A stretch of 64,000 bases of DNA from positions 25,296,001 through 25,360,000 of the forward strand of contig OZ024762.1 in assembly GCA_964016885.1 (NCBI GenBank), read 5' to 3'. Positions 1-15,633 of this stretch are shown here, in pieces (position 1 is the first letter of the stretch; each line of letters begins with the position of its first letter). Source of the DNA: Eledone cirrhosa. Lineage: Eukaryota. Below the pieces are notes generated by a model. The model was given only the letters and a program-made list of their open reading frames with translations, had not been told where the DNA came from and searched no databases. Made by a program: the position numbers and the translations under genes.

Positions 1-825
1 CGTACCAAATCCGCAATCAGTATGTTGATTTTGGTATGGTCCGAAATGGCCGAGTTTCGGTGGATCAGATGTTTGGAAGTCATGGGTTTGGCATAATGGG
101 AATGGAGGATTTGTTTTTGGTTGTTAATGGTATCTAACCAGAGCTCTGTGTCTAGTACAGGTAATCGATGGTTGGGGTGTCTACTTGGGTAGTCTATAGT
201 AACTCTAATGCTCTGGTGGATGGAGTTTGCTATTTGCTGGATGCTTTCCATTGTTTTTCTCTAGTTCCTGACTGTTCTTTAGTGGGGGTGTCTTAACTAC
301 GATGTTTATATCATCTACGTAGCGGGAGTACATTATCAGGGTTAAGCTGTCTTCTAATTGTTCTTTAAGTTTTTGTTTAAGTCTACTGTCCCACCATACC
401 ATGAATAAGTTAGCTATGTCGCCTGCAATGCTAACACCAATGGCTGCTCCTTCCTCTTGGGCATATGTTTTACTATTAAATTTGAACATATGTTCCTTAA
501 GGGTTAATTTTATGCTGGCCCCTACCGCATGTGCAATCATTTTCTTCAGTTCATCGTGGTTTTCGGGTGTCCGTATGGCTCTGGTCCACTCGTTCCATCT
601 ATCTGTGTGGGTTTTCTTGGCCATTGAGGTAATGGTAGGTGGTCTGCCTCTTTCTGGTCTTGTAGGGCACAGGTTGCTAAGGTCATAAGTGTCTAGGTAA
701 CTATTACTATGGGTAAGCTTAAGTAGAAGTCCCAGCTCACTGGTATCAATCCCACGGAACTCAACCTTGCTCTCGCTGATCATTTCTACGCATTTCTCCA
801 CAGCAAAATCCACGTCAATAGATGG

Positions 826-826
<1 letters not shown>
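1..826 (-). mobile_element. Inverted, near-identical copy of the same PLE RT region (runs off the window start)
   Basis: 1-~483 is the reverse complement of ~842-1323 with few differences. 484-826 encodes upstream RT (PSIDVDFAVEKC...HMFKFNSKTYAQEEG). Confidence 0.92.
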
Positions 827-3188
<2,362 letters not shown>

Positions 3189-3193
3189 TATAT

Positions 3194-3378
3194 ATAGGAA
3201 AAGAGTCAAGACCCCGAACCCTGCGCTCCAGCCGTTTCGTCAGCATCTAGCTGTCGAAACGGCCGGAGCACAGCGTTCGGGGTCCTGACTCTTTTCCTAT
3301 TACCCACTCTACTACACTAAGTATTGAGTACTCTGGTGCGTTATGGTCCACCTGGTGTCTTACCACACCTTCTTTGTT
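3194..3378 (+). mobile_element. ~190 bp hairpin+tail TA-inserted element (other copies 24590-24800, 31555-31710, 31743-31942, 48367-48560, 48590-48788, 57312-57510 -, 61200-61345, 61410-61620; fragments 26605-26652, 27560-27650)
   Basis: ATAGGAAA...TTTCCTAT hairpin followed by the conserved tail TACCCACTCTACTAC..AAGTATTGAGTACTCTGGTGCG..GGTCCA.CTGG, repeated across the window. Confidence 0.88.
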
Positions 3379-3403
3379 ATATATATATAGATAGATACAT
3401 AGT

Positions 3404-3439
<36 letters not shown>

Positions 3440-3635
3440 TAGATAGATAGATACATACATAGTTATATACATATATATATATATATATATATACATACAT
3501 ACATACATACACATATATATATATAGAGAGAGAGATAGATAGATACATACATAGTTATATACATATATACATACATACATACACACACACATATACATAT
3601 ATATATATATATATACATATATATTTATATATACT

Positions 3636-3695
<60 letters not shown>

Positions 3696-3852
3696 TATAT
3701 ATATATATAGATAGATAGATAGATACATACATAGTTATATACATATATATATATATACATACATACATACACATATATATATAGAGAGAGAGATATAGAT
3801 AGATAGATACATACATAGTTATATGCATATATACATACATACATACATACAT

Positions 3853-3905
<53 letters not shown>

Positions 3906-3945
3906 CTTAAATTATATATATATATACTTAAATATATAAATATAT

Positions 3946-4064
<119 letters not shown>

Positions 4065-4089
4065 CTTAAATATATATATATATATATAT

Positions 4090-4707
4090 GTAGATAAATC
4101 TACCAAGAGTTTACGGTAGTGTCCAATCCGTATGAAGAACTCAATGTAATCCGGATATCATGGAAAGAAGAGATGCAATGAAAAATCACTTTCGGTGAAA
4201 GATAAACGGAATACAGAGTCAAGATAAAATATTAAAAAAATAATGAATAAAACAATGAAACAGTTCCTTATATTAAACAAAAAAAGTTCATTATTTAACG
4301 ATCGTTTCTAGGATATATATGTGTTAGAATTGGCATGCATATTCAACAGATCTATGTACAAAATTATACAAAATTATACAAACTATCAAAATTAAATATA
4401 CATACCAACACATATATAAGCCGTCTTCAGAAATAAATCCTTTATTAAATAAATCAATAAATCCTTTAATAAATTAATCATTTATTAAATAAAACATTTA
4501 TTTCTGAAGACGGCTTATATATGTGTTGGTATGTATATTTAATTTTGATAGTTTGTATAATTTTGTATAATTTTGTACATAGATCTGTTGAATATGCATG
4601 CCAATTCTAACACATATATATCCTAGAAACGATCGTTAAATAATGAACTTTTTTTGTTTAATATAAGGAACTGTTTCATTGTTTTATTCATTATTTTTTT
4701 AATATTT

Positions 4708-4710
<3 letters not shown>
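4090..4710. mobile_element. Fold-back palindromic non-coding element with hammerhead
   Basis: Arms 4223-4440 and 4495-4710 are near-perfect reverse complements; TA tracts on both sides. Confidence 0.85.
4498..4643 (+). ncRNA. Type I hammerhead with ~115 nt stem II
   Basis: TTATTT-CTGAAGA-(TATATATGTGTTGG...CTAACACATATATA)-GAAAC-GATC-GTT-AAATAA. Confidence 0.75.
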
Positions 4711-4770
<60 letters not shown>

Positions 4771-4789
4771 GTATATATATATGTATAAT

Positions 4790-5940
4790 AATAATGGTAC
4801 AACACCGCACGCCTCGGGAGATAACAGTACCAACGACGGAGTTACAGACATAGATAACAACATAGATAGCAATAGTAATAGCTTTACTTCAGGAACTAGG
4901 AACGACCGTGGCGCAAAATGTAACTGTCGTGACAGGGGAGGCTGCCCTCTCAGGGGAAACTGCCTGACTGATAAGTTTGTTTATAGGTGCACCGTAACTA
5001 GCTATAGCGGAGTTAAACACTATATAGGGGCCACCTCTGGCCAGTTTAAAACGAGATTTAGGACGCATCTCCACTCTTTCAGGAACAAAAAATTAAGGCA
5101 CTCCACATCGCTTGCCAACTACGTCACCACATTGCAAGACGCCAACATAAGCTCCTCCACACACTGGGATATTGTCAGGGGGAAATGCCAGCTCTGCCTC
5201 ATGGAGCTGTACATCATAAGAACACCCCATGAGCTCTTAAACAGCCGAGCAGAATCAGTTATTAATTGTAAACACCGGGTACAGGCGTCGTATTTTGCCT
5301 GGGAGGCGACTGTGAGATGAAAACTACGAACTGGGTCCCCCTGCCCGAATCATAACACCCCGGTGGGGACGCAGTATGAACAAACATATGTGAACCAAAT
5401 GTACACCGCAGACCATACTCGAACAAACATTAGTGAAGAAACATCCACTAAATAATAAATGGACACTTCAGACACGACCTGTACTGGCACTAGTGAAACA
5501 ATACACAAAGCATAAAGATGCTAAACACCAGCATATGAGCAGGCATTAAAATCCACATGGGACTGATTGCTTGAACACCTGCCAAAGTTACTCCCCCTGC
5601 TCTGTGATAATAAAAACACATGCACGGAGAAAATGTATGATGATGTTAATTTAACCGTAAATTCAGGCCTGGGACCTATATTGAACTTCATTTTGCTTTC
5701 CATGCCCTTGATAAGCCCACTAAGGGCGAAACGTACGTAGGTGCACAATTATATAAACATGTTTTAACTGTTTTAAACTCTTTGTATTCATTTCCTTTAT
5801 AATCGCTCTGCTTATTTTTTCTCGCCCACTAAATATTGTCGCCTCTAATATTTAACCCTGAGCACACATAAACTATTGGCAACTAAATATATGTATCGAC
5901 CATCTTTATATTCTCTTCTCTCTCTCTCGATACCTAATGA
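4790..5940 (+). mobile_element. 3' fragment of Naiad-like PLE (GIY-YIG + 3' UTR), same family as 53995-57285
   Basis: CNCRDRGGCPLRGNCL..FVYRC..YIGATSGQFKTRFRTH..CQLCLMEL..LLNSRAE..CKH; the 3' UTR resembles 53995-54420. Confidence 0.9.
5704..5744 (+). ncRNA. Hammerhead with U3-A8 core (homologue at 54050-54087 -)
   Basis: CC-TTGATAA-GCCC-ACTAA-GGGC-GAAAC-GTAC-GTA-GG; the other copy reads TTGAGAA-GCCC-GTTCT-GGGC-GAAACGTACGTA. Confidence 0.75.
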
Positions 5941-6149
5941 TTTATATGTATATATATATATATAACTATCTATCTATCTCTATACATAAATATAATTATA
6001 TATATATATGCTGCCAGTCAACCCAGGATAATTATGGTTTCTGATTTAGGAACAAGGCCAACAACTTTGAAGGACGAGAAAGTCGATTAAATAGAACCAG
6101 TACGTTACTGTTACTATATTTGGCAAGATTTGAACACAATAAAGATAAT

Positions 6150-7985
6150 AATGGTAATAATAATTATATCAACATCAACAACAACAATACGTACAATAAT
6201 ATCAACAACAACACCACAACAACAAAAACAGCAACAATAACAACAGCAGCATCAACAACAGCAACAACAACAGCCACAACAGCCACAACAGCAACAACAA
6301 CAACAATAGGTACAATAACTGCAACAACAACGACAACATTTATAGTAATACCAGTATTTACAACAATAGTTACAGCTACAATAGGTACAACAACATTAAT
6401 AACTGCAACAACAACGTTATGTACAACAATAACAACACCATTAGGTACAACAACAACAACAATAACAACAATAACAACCACCACAACAACTACTACAACA
6501 ACAGCCACAACAATAATAACAACAGCAATAGCAAGAGCAACAACTACAATAACGACAACAGCCACAGCAATAATAACCGCAATAACAACAACAACAGTAA
6601 CAACAGTATGTACAACAACAACCACAACAATAACAACCACAACAACAACAGTAACAACAGTATGTACAACAATAACTACAACAACAACAGTAACAACAGT
6701 ATGTACAACAATAACTACAGCAACAACAGTAACAACAATATGTACAACAAAAACAACAGCAACAACAACAACAATATGTACAACAATGACTACAACAACA
6801 ACAACAACAGTAACAACAGTATGTACAACAACAACCACAACAACAACAACAACAGCAGTAACAACAGTATGTACAACAACAACCAGAACAACAACAACAA
6901 CAACAGTAACAACAGTATGTACAACAATAACTACAACAACAACAACAACAACAACAACAGTAACAACAGTATGTACAACAACAACAACAACAGTAACAAC
7001 AGTATGTACAACAATAACTACAACAACAACAACCACAACAACAGTAACAACAGTATGTACAACAACACCAACAACTACAACAACAACAGTAACAACAGTA
7101 TGTACAACAACAACAACAACAACAGTAACAACAGTATGTACAACAACAACCACAACAACAACAACAACAACTGTAACAACTGTATGTACAACAACAACCA
7201 CAACAACAACAACAACAACAACGACAACAGCAACAGTAACAACACTAACAACAGTATGTACAACAACAACCACAACAACAACAACAACAACGACAACAGC
7301 AACAGTAACAACACTAACAACAGTATGTACAACAACAACCACAACAACAACAACAACAGTAACAACTGTATGTTCAACAACAACCACAACCACAACAACA
7401 ACGACAACAGTAACAACAGTATGTAAAACAACAACAACAGTAACAACAGTATGTACAACAATAACTACAACAACAACAGTAACAACAGTATGTACAACAG
7501 TAACAACAACAACAACCACAACAACAACAATAAAAACAACAACAACCACAACAACAACAGCCACAACAACAATACCAACAACAACAACAGCATGTACAAC
7601 ATTAACAACAACAACAACAACAACAACAATAACAACAATAACAACAACAACAACAACCACAACATCAACCACAACAACAACAACAACAACAACAATACCA
7701 ACAACAACAACAGCATGTACAACATTAACAACAACAACAACAACAACAACAATAACAACAATAACAACAACAACAACAACCACAACAACAACCACAACAA
7801 CAACAGCCACAACAACAATACCAACAACAACAGCATGTACAACATTAACAACAACAACAACAACAACAATAACAACAATAACAACAACAACAACAACCAC
7901 AACATCAACCACAACAACAACAGCCACAACAACAATAACAACAACGACAACAACAACAACAACAACAACAACCACAACATCAACC

Positions 7986-8028
<43 letters not shown>

Positions 8029-8030
8029 CC
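6150..8030. repeat. Degenerate (ACA)n array with higher-order unit ACAGTAACAACAGTATGTACA
   Basis: Direct reading; gives poly-T/N/V/L ORFs in several frames. Confidence 0.95.
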
Positions 8031-8049
8031 AAGCCAATACAGTAGCGGA

Positions 8050-8340
8050 CCAGTTGTTAACTAGTGTGACGTCAATAGGTCGGAAAAGAGCGGAAATCTC
8101 CATTTGACGTGCTGCACAATGTAGATCGCTTGACCAATTGCTGTTCTCTACTTCTTTTGTTAAACCTTCTCATTCTTACACGGCCATTCGTTCCATCATT
8201 GACTTCTACATCCGTTAAACCATCGACACAGCTACACATGCATTCTTTCATCTGATATACACACACCCATCTTCCTTCCTCGCAAGCTACGACGCGACCC
8301 AGCCCGGCCCGACCCGACCCGGCCCTCGTCCCGTTCTGTT
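8050..8340 (+). promoter_or_regulatory. Candidate CpG-richer promoter region with CRE site
   Basis: TGACGTCA at ~8067, TGACGT at ~8105 and CCCGG/CCCGA repeats at 8295-8325 in unique sequence. Confidence 0.3.
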
Positions 8341-8681
8341 CTCTTCATCCATCATTCTATCATCCAACAATTCATCCATTTATATATTTATATATTTATA
8401 TATTTATATATTTATACGTCTATTGATTTCAGTGTATATTCAGTGTATATTCAGTGTATATTATATTGCCATTCTCGAGTCCCGTTCTCCGTTCATCAGT
8501 ATACTCAGTGTGTGTGCGTGTATGTGTACGTGTATGTGTGTGTGTGTATATATATATAATCATATTTATGTAAATATGTACATACATAAATACACAGTGG
8601 CACTGACGCAGTCATCCACCCCCACACATACATCTATATACATACGTATATATACAGAGAGGAATTTATAGAGGTATATAT

Positions 8682-8743
<62 letters not shown>

Positions 8744-9623
8744 GTGTGTGTGTATATATATATAAATATGTGTGTGTGTGTGTGTACGTATCTATATAAA
8801 TATATATATATATAGACACACACACACATATCCCGCTAATGCATGATGTAGAGCTATTTAGCAATCCCACCAGTCGTCCAACAGGTCTTCCGTTCATCAT
8901 TTCCCCATTCTCCCATTCTCTCATCCTTCCATTCTTCTATTCATCTATTCTTTCCATTCTTCCATTCTTTCCATTCTTCTACACTCTTTCACTCTTCCCA
9001 TAATTCAATCAAGTTTATTCATTATATTTTCCTCTTATTTATCGTCCAAACAACAAAAGCCACGAAGCCACATCATATTAAATATAGAAACGCTACAAAA
9101 TATTATAGAACAAACGCACTCTTCATACAAACAAACAAACAATCGAACAGATATCCCATTCAACATCCAAATCGAACCTTTTCCTTGAAACCCTTCCGTC
9201 CTCAAAGACATACACAAACAACCACGCTAACGCATTTTCACACTAACACTTACCCCTTCATCTACGCAATGATACAATCTTGGTATCCGCCATTTTCCTT
9301 GTTTTCAGTAAAAGTTTCATTAAATTGACGCTTTGCATATTATCCGCACTACTTTCAAGTGAGTCCCTGTTTGTAGGGGTTTAGTTCACTGTCCGATACA
9401 CTATACAGCTTGACAATAGAAGGAAAGCTCTATTGTACCACATTCCTGTATTATATTAAGTTATGTTATATTATATTTAATTATATATTATATATTATGT
9501 ATATCATATAAATATGGACACATATTTTATATACGAAGATGGATATATACATACTTGCATATATATATATATATATATACATGCCTAAATATATACATAT
9601 ATATGTGTATATGTATGTATGCC

Positions 9624-9714
<91 letters not shown>

Positions 9715-9716
9715 GC

Positions 9717-9774
<58 letters not shown>

Positions 9775-9854
9775 CATATCTATATACATACATATATATG
9801 TATATATATATATACATATATATTCATATTTATATATATACACATACAAACAAA

Positions 9855-9885
<31 letters not shown>

Positions 9886-9887
9886 AT

Positions 9888-9922
<35 letters not shown>

Positions 9923-9993
9923 TGTATGTATGTATACACAGATAGAACGAGAGAAAGATTTAATTGTATATATGTATACAACGAAGACACACA

Positions 9994-10065
<72 letters not shown>

Positions 10066-10087
10066 AGTAAGAAAAAAAATTTTTTTT

Positions 10088-10150
<63 letters not shown>

Positions 10151-10155
<5 letters not shown>

Positions 10156-11449
10156 AGTAAGAAAAAAAATTTTTTTTAAATTTTTTTAAAAAAATATTTT
10201 CTTATTTTACGTCCTTTATATTATTGTTCTGCATTCTCCTGCATTGAACCACCTAGGTACTATGACATAACCTGTGTATTTGCTGGCATGGGCGTGCATC
10301 TGTGCGCTTATGTTAGTTGATATATTAAATTATCTATATTTATCTCCAAATCACTGATTTGTCGAGCAAACTTGTCAAAACCACTTCTAAAAAAATTTTT
10401 TTTTGGGGTGTTAGTAGGCGTCAGTCATCTTACCATCCCATTCCTTCTAACTAGCCTCTGTGTCACGTGATTGATTCTTTAGAATCGGCCATTTGACTTG
10501 AAGCAGTGAGAATTTCGGTACATAGAATCCAGTCCTCGCAAGCTGTTCGATCTACCGAATTATTATTATTTTTATATGAGCCGCCAGTGTCCGCGCATTG
10601 CCTGGAGACTTAACTGAGAATAGACTTCCTGATGACGCAATGAATTCTCGACAGTTGGATTACATAACTGTCTTTATCCCATTGCAGAAACTAATTAGTT
10701 GGAGTGAAAATTTAAGTAAGAAAAAAAATTTTTTTTAAATTTTTTAAAAAAATATTTTCTTATTTTACGTCCTTTATATTATTGTTCTGCATTCTCCTGC
10801 ATTGAACCACCTAGGTACTATGACATAACCTGTGTATTTGCTGGCATGGGCGTGCATCTGTGCGCTTATGTTAGTTGATATATTAAATTATCTATATTTA
10901 TCTCCAAATCACTGATTTGTCGAGCAAACTTGTCAAAACCACTTCTAAAAAAATTTTTTTTTGGGGTGTTAGTAGGCGTCAGTCATCTTACCATCCCATT
11001 CCTTCTAACTAGCCTCTGTGTCACGTGATTGATTCTTTAGAATCGGCCATTTGACTTGAAGCAGTGAGAATTTCGGTACATAGAATCCAGTCCTCGCAAG
11101 CTGTTCGATCTACCGAATTATTATTATTTTTATATGAGCCGCCAGTGTCCGCGCATTGCCTGGAGACTTAACTGAGAATAGACTTCCTGATGACGCAATG
11201 AATTCTCGACAGTTGGATTACATAACTGTCTTTATCCCATTGCAGAAACTAATTAGTTGGAGTGAAAATTTAAGTAAGAAAAAAAATTTTTTTTAAATTT
11301 TTTTAAAAAAATATTTTCTTATTTTACGTCCTTTATATTATTGTTCTGCATTCTCCTGCATTGAACCACCTAGGTACTATGACATAACCTGTGTATTTGC
11401 TGGCATGGGCGTGCATCTGTGCGCTTATGTTAGTTGATATATTAAATTA

Positions 11450-11452
<3 letters not shown>
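10151..11452 (+). mobile_element. Retrozyme-like tandem array, ~558 bp unit x ~2.3, one hammerhead per full unit
   Basis: Units start at 10151, 10710 and 11268 and are essentially identical; non-coding; TA-flanked. A dispersed partial copy lies at ~36985-37140 (-). Confidence 0.88.
10624..10705 (+). ncRNA. Type I hammerhead ribozyme (second copy 11182-11263)
   Basis: ACTTC-CTGATGA-C-GCAATG..GACAGTT/AACTGTC..CATTGC-A-GAAAC-TAATTA-GTT-GGAGT; canonical core with palindromic stem III. Confidence 0.88.
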
Positions 11453-11507
<55 letters not shown>

Positions 11508-11546
11508 CGTGTGTGTGTTTGTGTGTGTGTATACATACATACATAT

Positions 11547-11628
<82 letters not shown>

Positions 11629-11936
11629 GTATATTATATTATATGGAAGCCTACATATTGTATATCAAATTCTATTATATTAAGTTACATTGATGTTTCG
11701 TAAACTCAAGGAATGGATCCCTTTGTGGTCTAAATGAATAATAACGTTAGCATTGAAAATATTGTGGGAAACTGGTGAGTTTATTGAAGGATTTGCTCGC
11801 TCTTTCCCGCCGGAGTTCAAGCCCCAGGAAGGTTCAGATTTGTTTTAATTTAATTCTTCTGGGCTTGATAACATAACGTACCTATAAAACATGGCGGTGA
11901 ATTCACAAAATGTTTAGAACGTCTGAATTATCCCAT

Positions 11937-12090
11937 TTCATTACTGGTACTATATTATTTTATCGACCTAGTAAGGATGAAAGGCAAAGTTAACCTCGGC
12001 AGGATTTGAACTCCAACCGCAAAGGGACGTAACTCTATACTGCAAAGCATGGCGTCCGACCCTCTACCTATACTGCCAATCCACATCTGA
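11937..12090 (-). mobile_element. tRNA-derived SINE (MetaSINE-like central domain)
   Basis: Reverse complement of GAGTTCAAATCC.GCCGAGGTTAACTTTGCCTTTCATCCTT...GTCGATAAAATA..GTACCAG; B-box GTTCAAATCC. Confidence 0.85.
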
Positions 12091-12109
12091 TATAATGATT
12101 TATGGTAAT

Positions 12110-13152
12110 CGTTCCGGCGCTCTGCCCTCAAAGTTCAAATCCCGCCGAGGTCAACTTTACCTTTTATCCTTTCGAGGTCGATAAAAAATAGTAGTTTCGT
12201 CCTGGGGTGGATTCTTCCTCTATATCTCTTTCTCATTTCCTCTCTCTCTCACTTTCTACTTTTCTCTGGAAGAAATCTGCTGTACACAGGTCTGGAGATG
12301 GATGGGCTCCACCAGGTCAGGCCAGGAGATGGATAGTCTCCACCAGGTCAGGCCTGGAGAGGGATGGGCTCCACCAGGTCAGGCCTGGAGAGGGATGGGC
12401 TCCACCAGGTCAGGCCTGGAGAGGGATGGACTCCACCAGGTCAGACCTGGAGAGGGATGGGCTCCTCCAGGTCAGGCCTGGAGAGGGATGGACTCCACCA
12501 GGTCAGACCTGGAGAGGGATGGACTCCACCAGGTCAGACCTGGAGAGGGATGGGCTCCTCCAGGTCAGGCCTGGAGAGGGATGGACTCCACCAGGTCAGA
12601 CCTGGAGAGGGATGGACTCCACCAGGTCAGGCCTGGAGAGGGATGGGCTCCTCCAGGTCAGGCCTGGAGATGGATGGGCTCCACCAGGTCAGGCCAGGAG
12701 ATGGATAGGCTCCACCAGGTCAGGCCAGGAGATGGATAGGCTCCACCAGATCAGGCCTGGAGATGGATGGGCTCCACCAGGTCAGGCCAGGAGATGGATG
12801 GGCTCCACCAGGTCAGGCCAGGAGATGGATAGGCTCCACCAGATCAGGCCTGGAGATGGATGGGCTCCACCAGGTCAGGCCAGGAGATGGATGGGCTCCA
12901 CCAGGTCAGGCCTGGAGATGGATGGGCTCCACCAGGTCAGGCCAGGAGATGGATGGGCTGCACCAGGTCAGGCCAGGAGAGGGATGGGCTCCACCAGGTC
13001 AGGCCAGGAGAGGGATGGTCTCCACCAGATCAGGCCTGGAGAGGGATGGGCTCCACCAGGTCAGGCCTGGAGGGAGATGGACTCTGTCAGGCTTAAAATG
13101 ACTAAGAAAAGCCGTATGTAAATATGGCGCCGTTACGATTCCATCAGGAGTT
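12110..13152 (+). mobile_element. SINE-derived composite element containing an expanded minisatellite
   Basis: SINE core at 12110-12205, then a pyrimidine tract and TCTGGAAGAAATCT, and a tail AAGAAAAGCCGTATG...TTACGG shared with 51390-51860 and 62803-63735. Confidence 0.7.
12291..13092. repeat. 31-bp GC-rich minisatellite (~25 copies)
   Basis: Unit GGCCTGGAGAGGGATGGGCTCCACCAGGTCA with variant blocks. Confidence 0.95.
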
Positions 13153-13419
13153 ACGGGACCTTACATACATAGATACCAATCAAGTAGTTCCTTCGATGAA
13201 ATTATTAGACACTCTTCCTCTACATCTGGCTTCGTGCCAACCCTAGAAACAATTGGCAGAATCGATAAAGCGTCGTAGAGAGAATGAGGGAGATAGAGAG
13301 ATTGAATGAGAAAGAAAGAGAAAAGAGAGAGAGAGAAAAAAGGACAGAGAGAGAGAGAGAGTGTGTGTGTATGAGAGAGAGAGAAATAAATAAATATATT
13401 ATATTATATATATATATAT

Positions 13420-14154
13420 CCAGGGGGTGTAACTAGGAGTTACTGCAGGTTCACCCGGGTGAGCACTCGATGTTTAGGTTCACTTCTGTGATGAGGTGTA
13501 GAGCTATACAGAGTGTAATATATAGAAAGGATAAAAAGGACGATTGATTATTCCTTCAATGCATTTATTGATAGGTGACGCGCGTTTCGCCACTGATCAG
13601 CTCAAGGTTCGATCTATATCGATCTTACCCGACTCAATAATCCGCAGCTCGACGGACCTTCCTGAAATGCTATAAGAAAATGAAATACATGCTATGTGAT
13701 AAAGTACACACACACGCCAACCCGTCTACTGACAACCCACTAACCTCATACCACAGCCCATCCCAATAAGCAACCATAACCACCACCATATCATGACATC
13801 CACACCCACACATACTCTACACGCCAAGGCCAATAAACCACCACCACACCACAGCCCATCTCATCCACCCATCGTCACGAACATCTCACCATCACATCCA
13901 CCTCCACATACACTACAAGCCAGTACATCGCCTTGACCCTTCCCACCAATCAAAACAACTCATTTTGTCAAACTCTGACTTTATCACATAGCATGTATTT
14001 CATTTTCTTATAGCATTTCAGGAAGGTCCGTCGAGCTGCGGATTATTGAGTCGGGTAAGATCGATATAGATCGAACCTTGAGCTGATCAGTGGCGAAACG
14101 CGCGTCACCTATCAATAAATGCACTGAAGGAATAATCAATAGTCCTTTTTATCC

Positions 14155-14160
<6 letters not shown>
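13420..14160. mobile_element. Fold-back element with variant hammerhead
   Basis: Arms ~13522-13703 and ~13978-14160 are inverted with a CA-rich spacer; TA-flanked. Confidence 0.82.
14024..14110 (+). ncRNA. Hammerhead-like motif, core CCGTCGA, long stem II
   Basis: AGGT-CCGTCGA-GCTGC...GTGGC-GAAAC-GCGC-GTC-ACCT followed by AATAAA. Confidence 0.62.
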
Positions 14161-14185
<25 letters not shown>

Positions 14186-14323
14186 GCAGAAGGGATATTC
14201 AATTTGTTGGTAATTCAACAAATATAAATGTTTATAACTGATTCAGACAACCCAAGGTTAACTTGAACCGTTAAGATATAATCTCCTTGGTTACGTCAAC
14301 ATTTATAAAACTAACTTCATAAT

Positions 14324-14378
14324 GTATCTGATGATAGCGTACCAAAATGTTTGGTACCCTTGAAATATATATAATAGA
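14324..14378 (+). ncRNA. Hammerhead of the family also seen at 24392-24457, 21794-21860 (-) and partially ~41650-41680 (-)
   Basis: CTGATGA-TAGCGTACCAAA/TTTGGTACCCTT-GAAAT-ATAT-ATA. Confidence 0.65.
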
Positions 14379-14420
14379 ATAAATATGGTTTTATAAATAT
14401 TGTTTCCATTTATTTAATAT

Positions 14421-14454
<34 letters not shown>

Positions 14455-14460
<6 letters not shown>

Positions 14461-14793
14461 GTGAGGTTTTTTTTACAAAATGAAAAATAACCGAGGTGTC
14501 CTACACGAGTGGAAGTATAAAGAAAAAGGGATGAAATCGAAAATGCAACTGAAGTCTTATTTTAAAAAAAAATATATATATATTTATTTGGTTCCTTTAC
14601 CGGTTTCGCAGTTCGTCTGCTTTTCAAAAGGTGAGTTGAGATGGAGGGTCTATGGTTTTTCCACAGACCCTCCATCTCAACTCACCTTTTGAAAAGCAGA
14701 AGAACTGCGAAACCGGTAAAGGAACCAAATAAATATATATATATTTTTAAAAAAAATAAGACTTCAGTTGCATTTTCGATTTCATCCCTTTTT

Positions 14794-14800
<7 letters not shown>
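14455..14800. mobile_element. Fold-back palindromic element with U3-A8 hammerhead
   Basis: Arms inverted about ~14658; the left arm has ~60 extra nt; TA-flanked. Confidence 0.85.
14685..14722 (+). ncRNA. Minimal hammerhead, U3-A8 core
   Basis: CCTT-TTGAAAA-GCAG-AAGAA-CTGC-GAAAC-CG-GTA-AAGG. Confidence 0.8.
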
Positions 14801-14891
<91 letters not shown>

Positions 14892-15539
14892 AAGATCAGT
14901 CTGTACAACTTTCAAGCATTTGCTCTTATACCAGCAGTTGATATAAAACTTTAAAAGTTCCATACAGTCACTGGCTGATTTCGTTTCGTTGAGTCTCGTT
15001 GAGTTCAGCTGAGTTCAGTTCCGTTGTGTATCTCCGTTTCGTGTTATCTTATTAGTCAAAATCATTTCATAGAAAATTACAAAATTTATAACACTGAAAA
15101 ATGAACGCACAACGAATCTTTTGCAGTTCTACTAAATTATTCTAGCATGAAAAGCAAAAGCGCACAAAAGCTGCAAGCTGGAAGCTGCAACACACACACG
15201 TATGTAAGAAAAAAACATGAAACCTTTCTACGAAAATGAAAGACAAAATGAAAATGAAAATGTATGATTTGTATTGAAGTTGTTAATAAGGTGCTTTGGT
15301 ATCGCCATGTTTGTTTTGTTAGGGGTTTTGGTCTTGGTTTTTGTGTTGTTTTTGTTATTTGTTGTTGTTGTTGTTCCTTTATATATTGCCTTGTTATGCA
15401 GATACAATATCGCTCTGCTTTGTTCAAATAAACACTCTATTATGAATTATTCAGATACTGTATATACGCGGCAGCCTTCCTTCAACGTAGGGATTTAGCA
15501 GTGCGGTGCCATTGAGAGGGGGAGGGAGGTGGAGGAGAC

Positions 15540-15633
15540 ATGTCGGCGGTGGTGGTTAGAGGTGGACGCCCCATCGGCGGCACGGTGGCCGTGTCGGCGC
15601 TGATGGCCACGAAAATGGCGGACGTCATTTGGA
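15540..15633 (+). other. Candidate first coding exon of a host gene ([31 protein letters not shown])
   Basis: GC-rich unique island with GACATG start and an open frame to a GTAAGC donor-like site, preceded by unique UTR-like sequence at 14890-15540. No homology recognised. Confidence 0.3.

Noticed and set aside
12207-13121. Repetitive 304 aa ORF / CRISPR-like array
   Set aside because: A 31-bp minisatellite open in all frames, with no unique spacers and no cas genes, in eukaryotic context.
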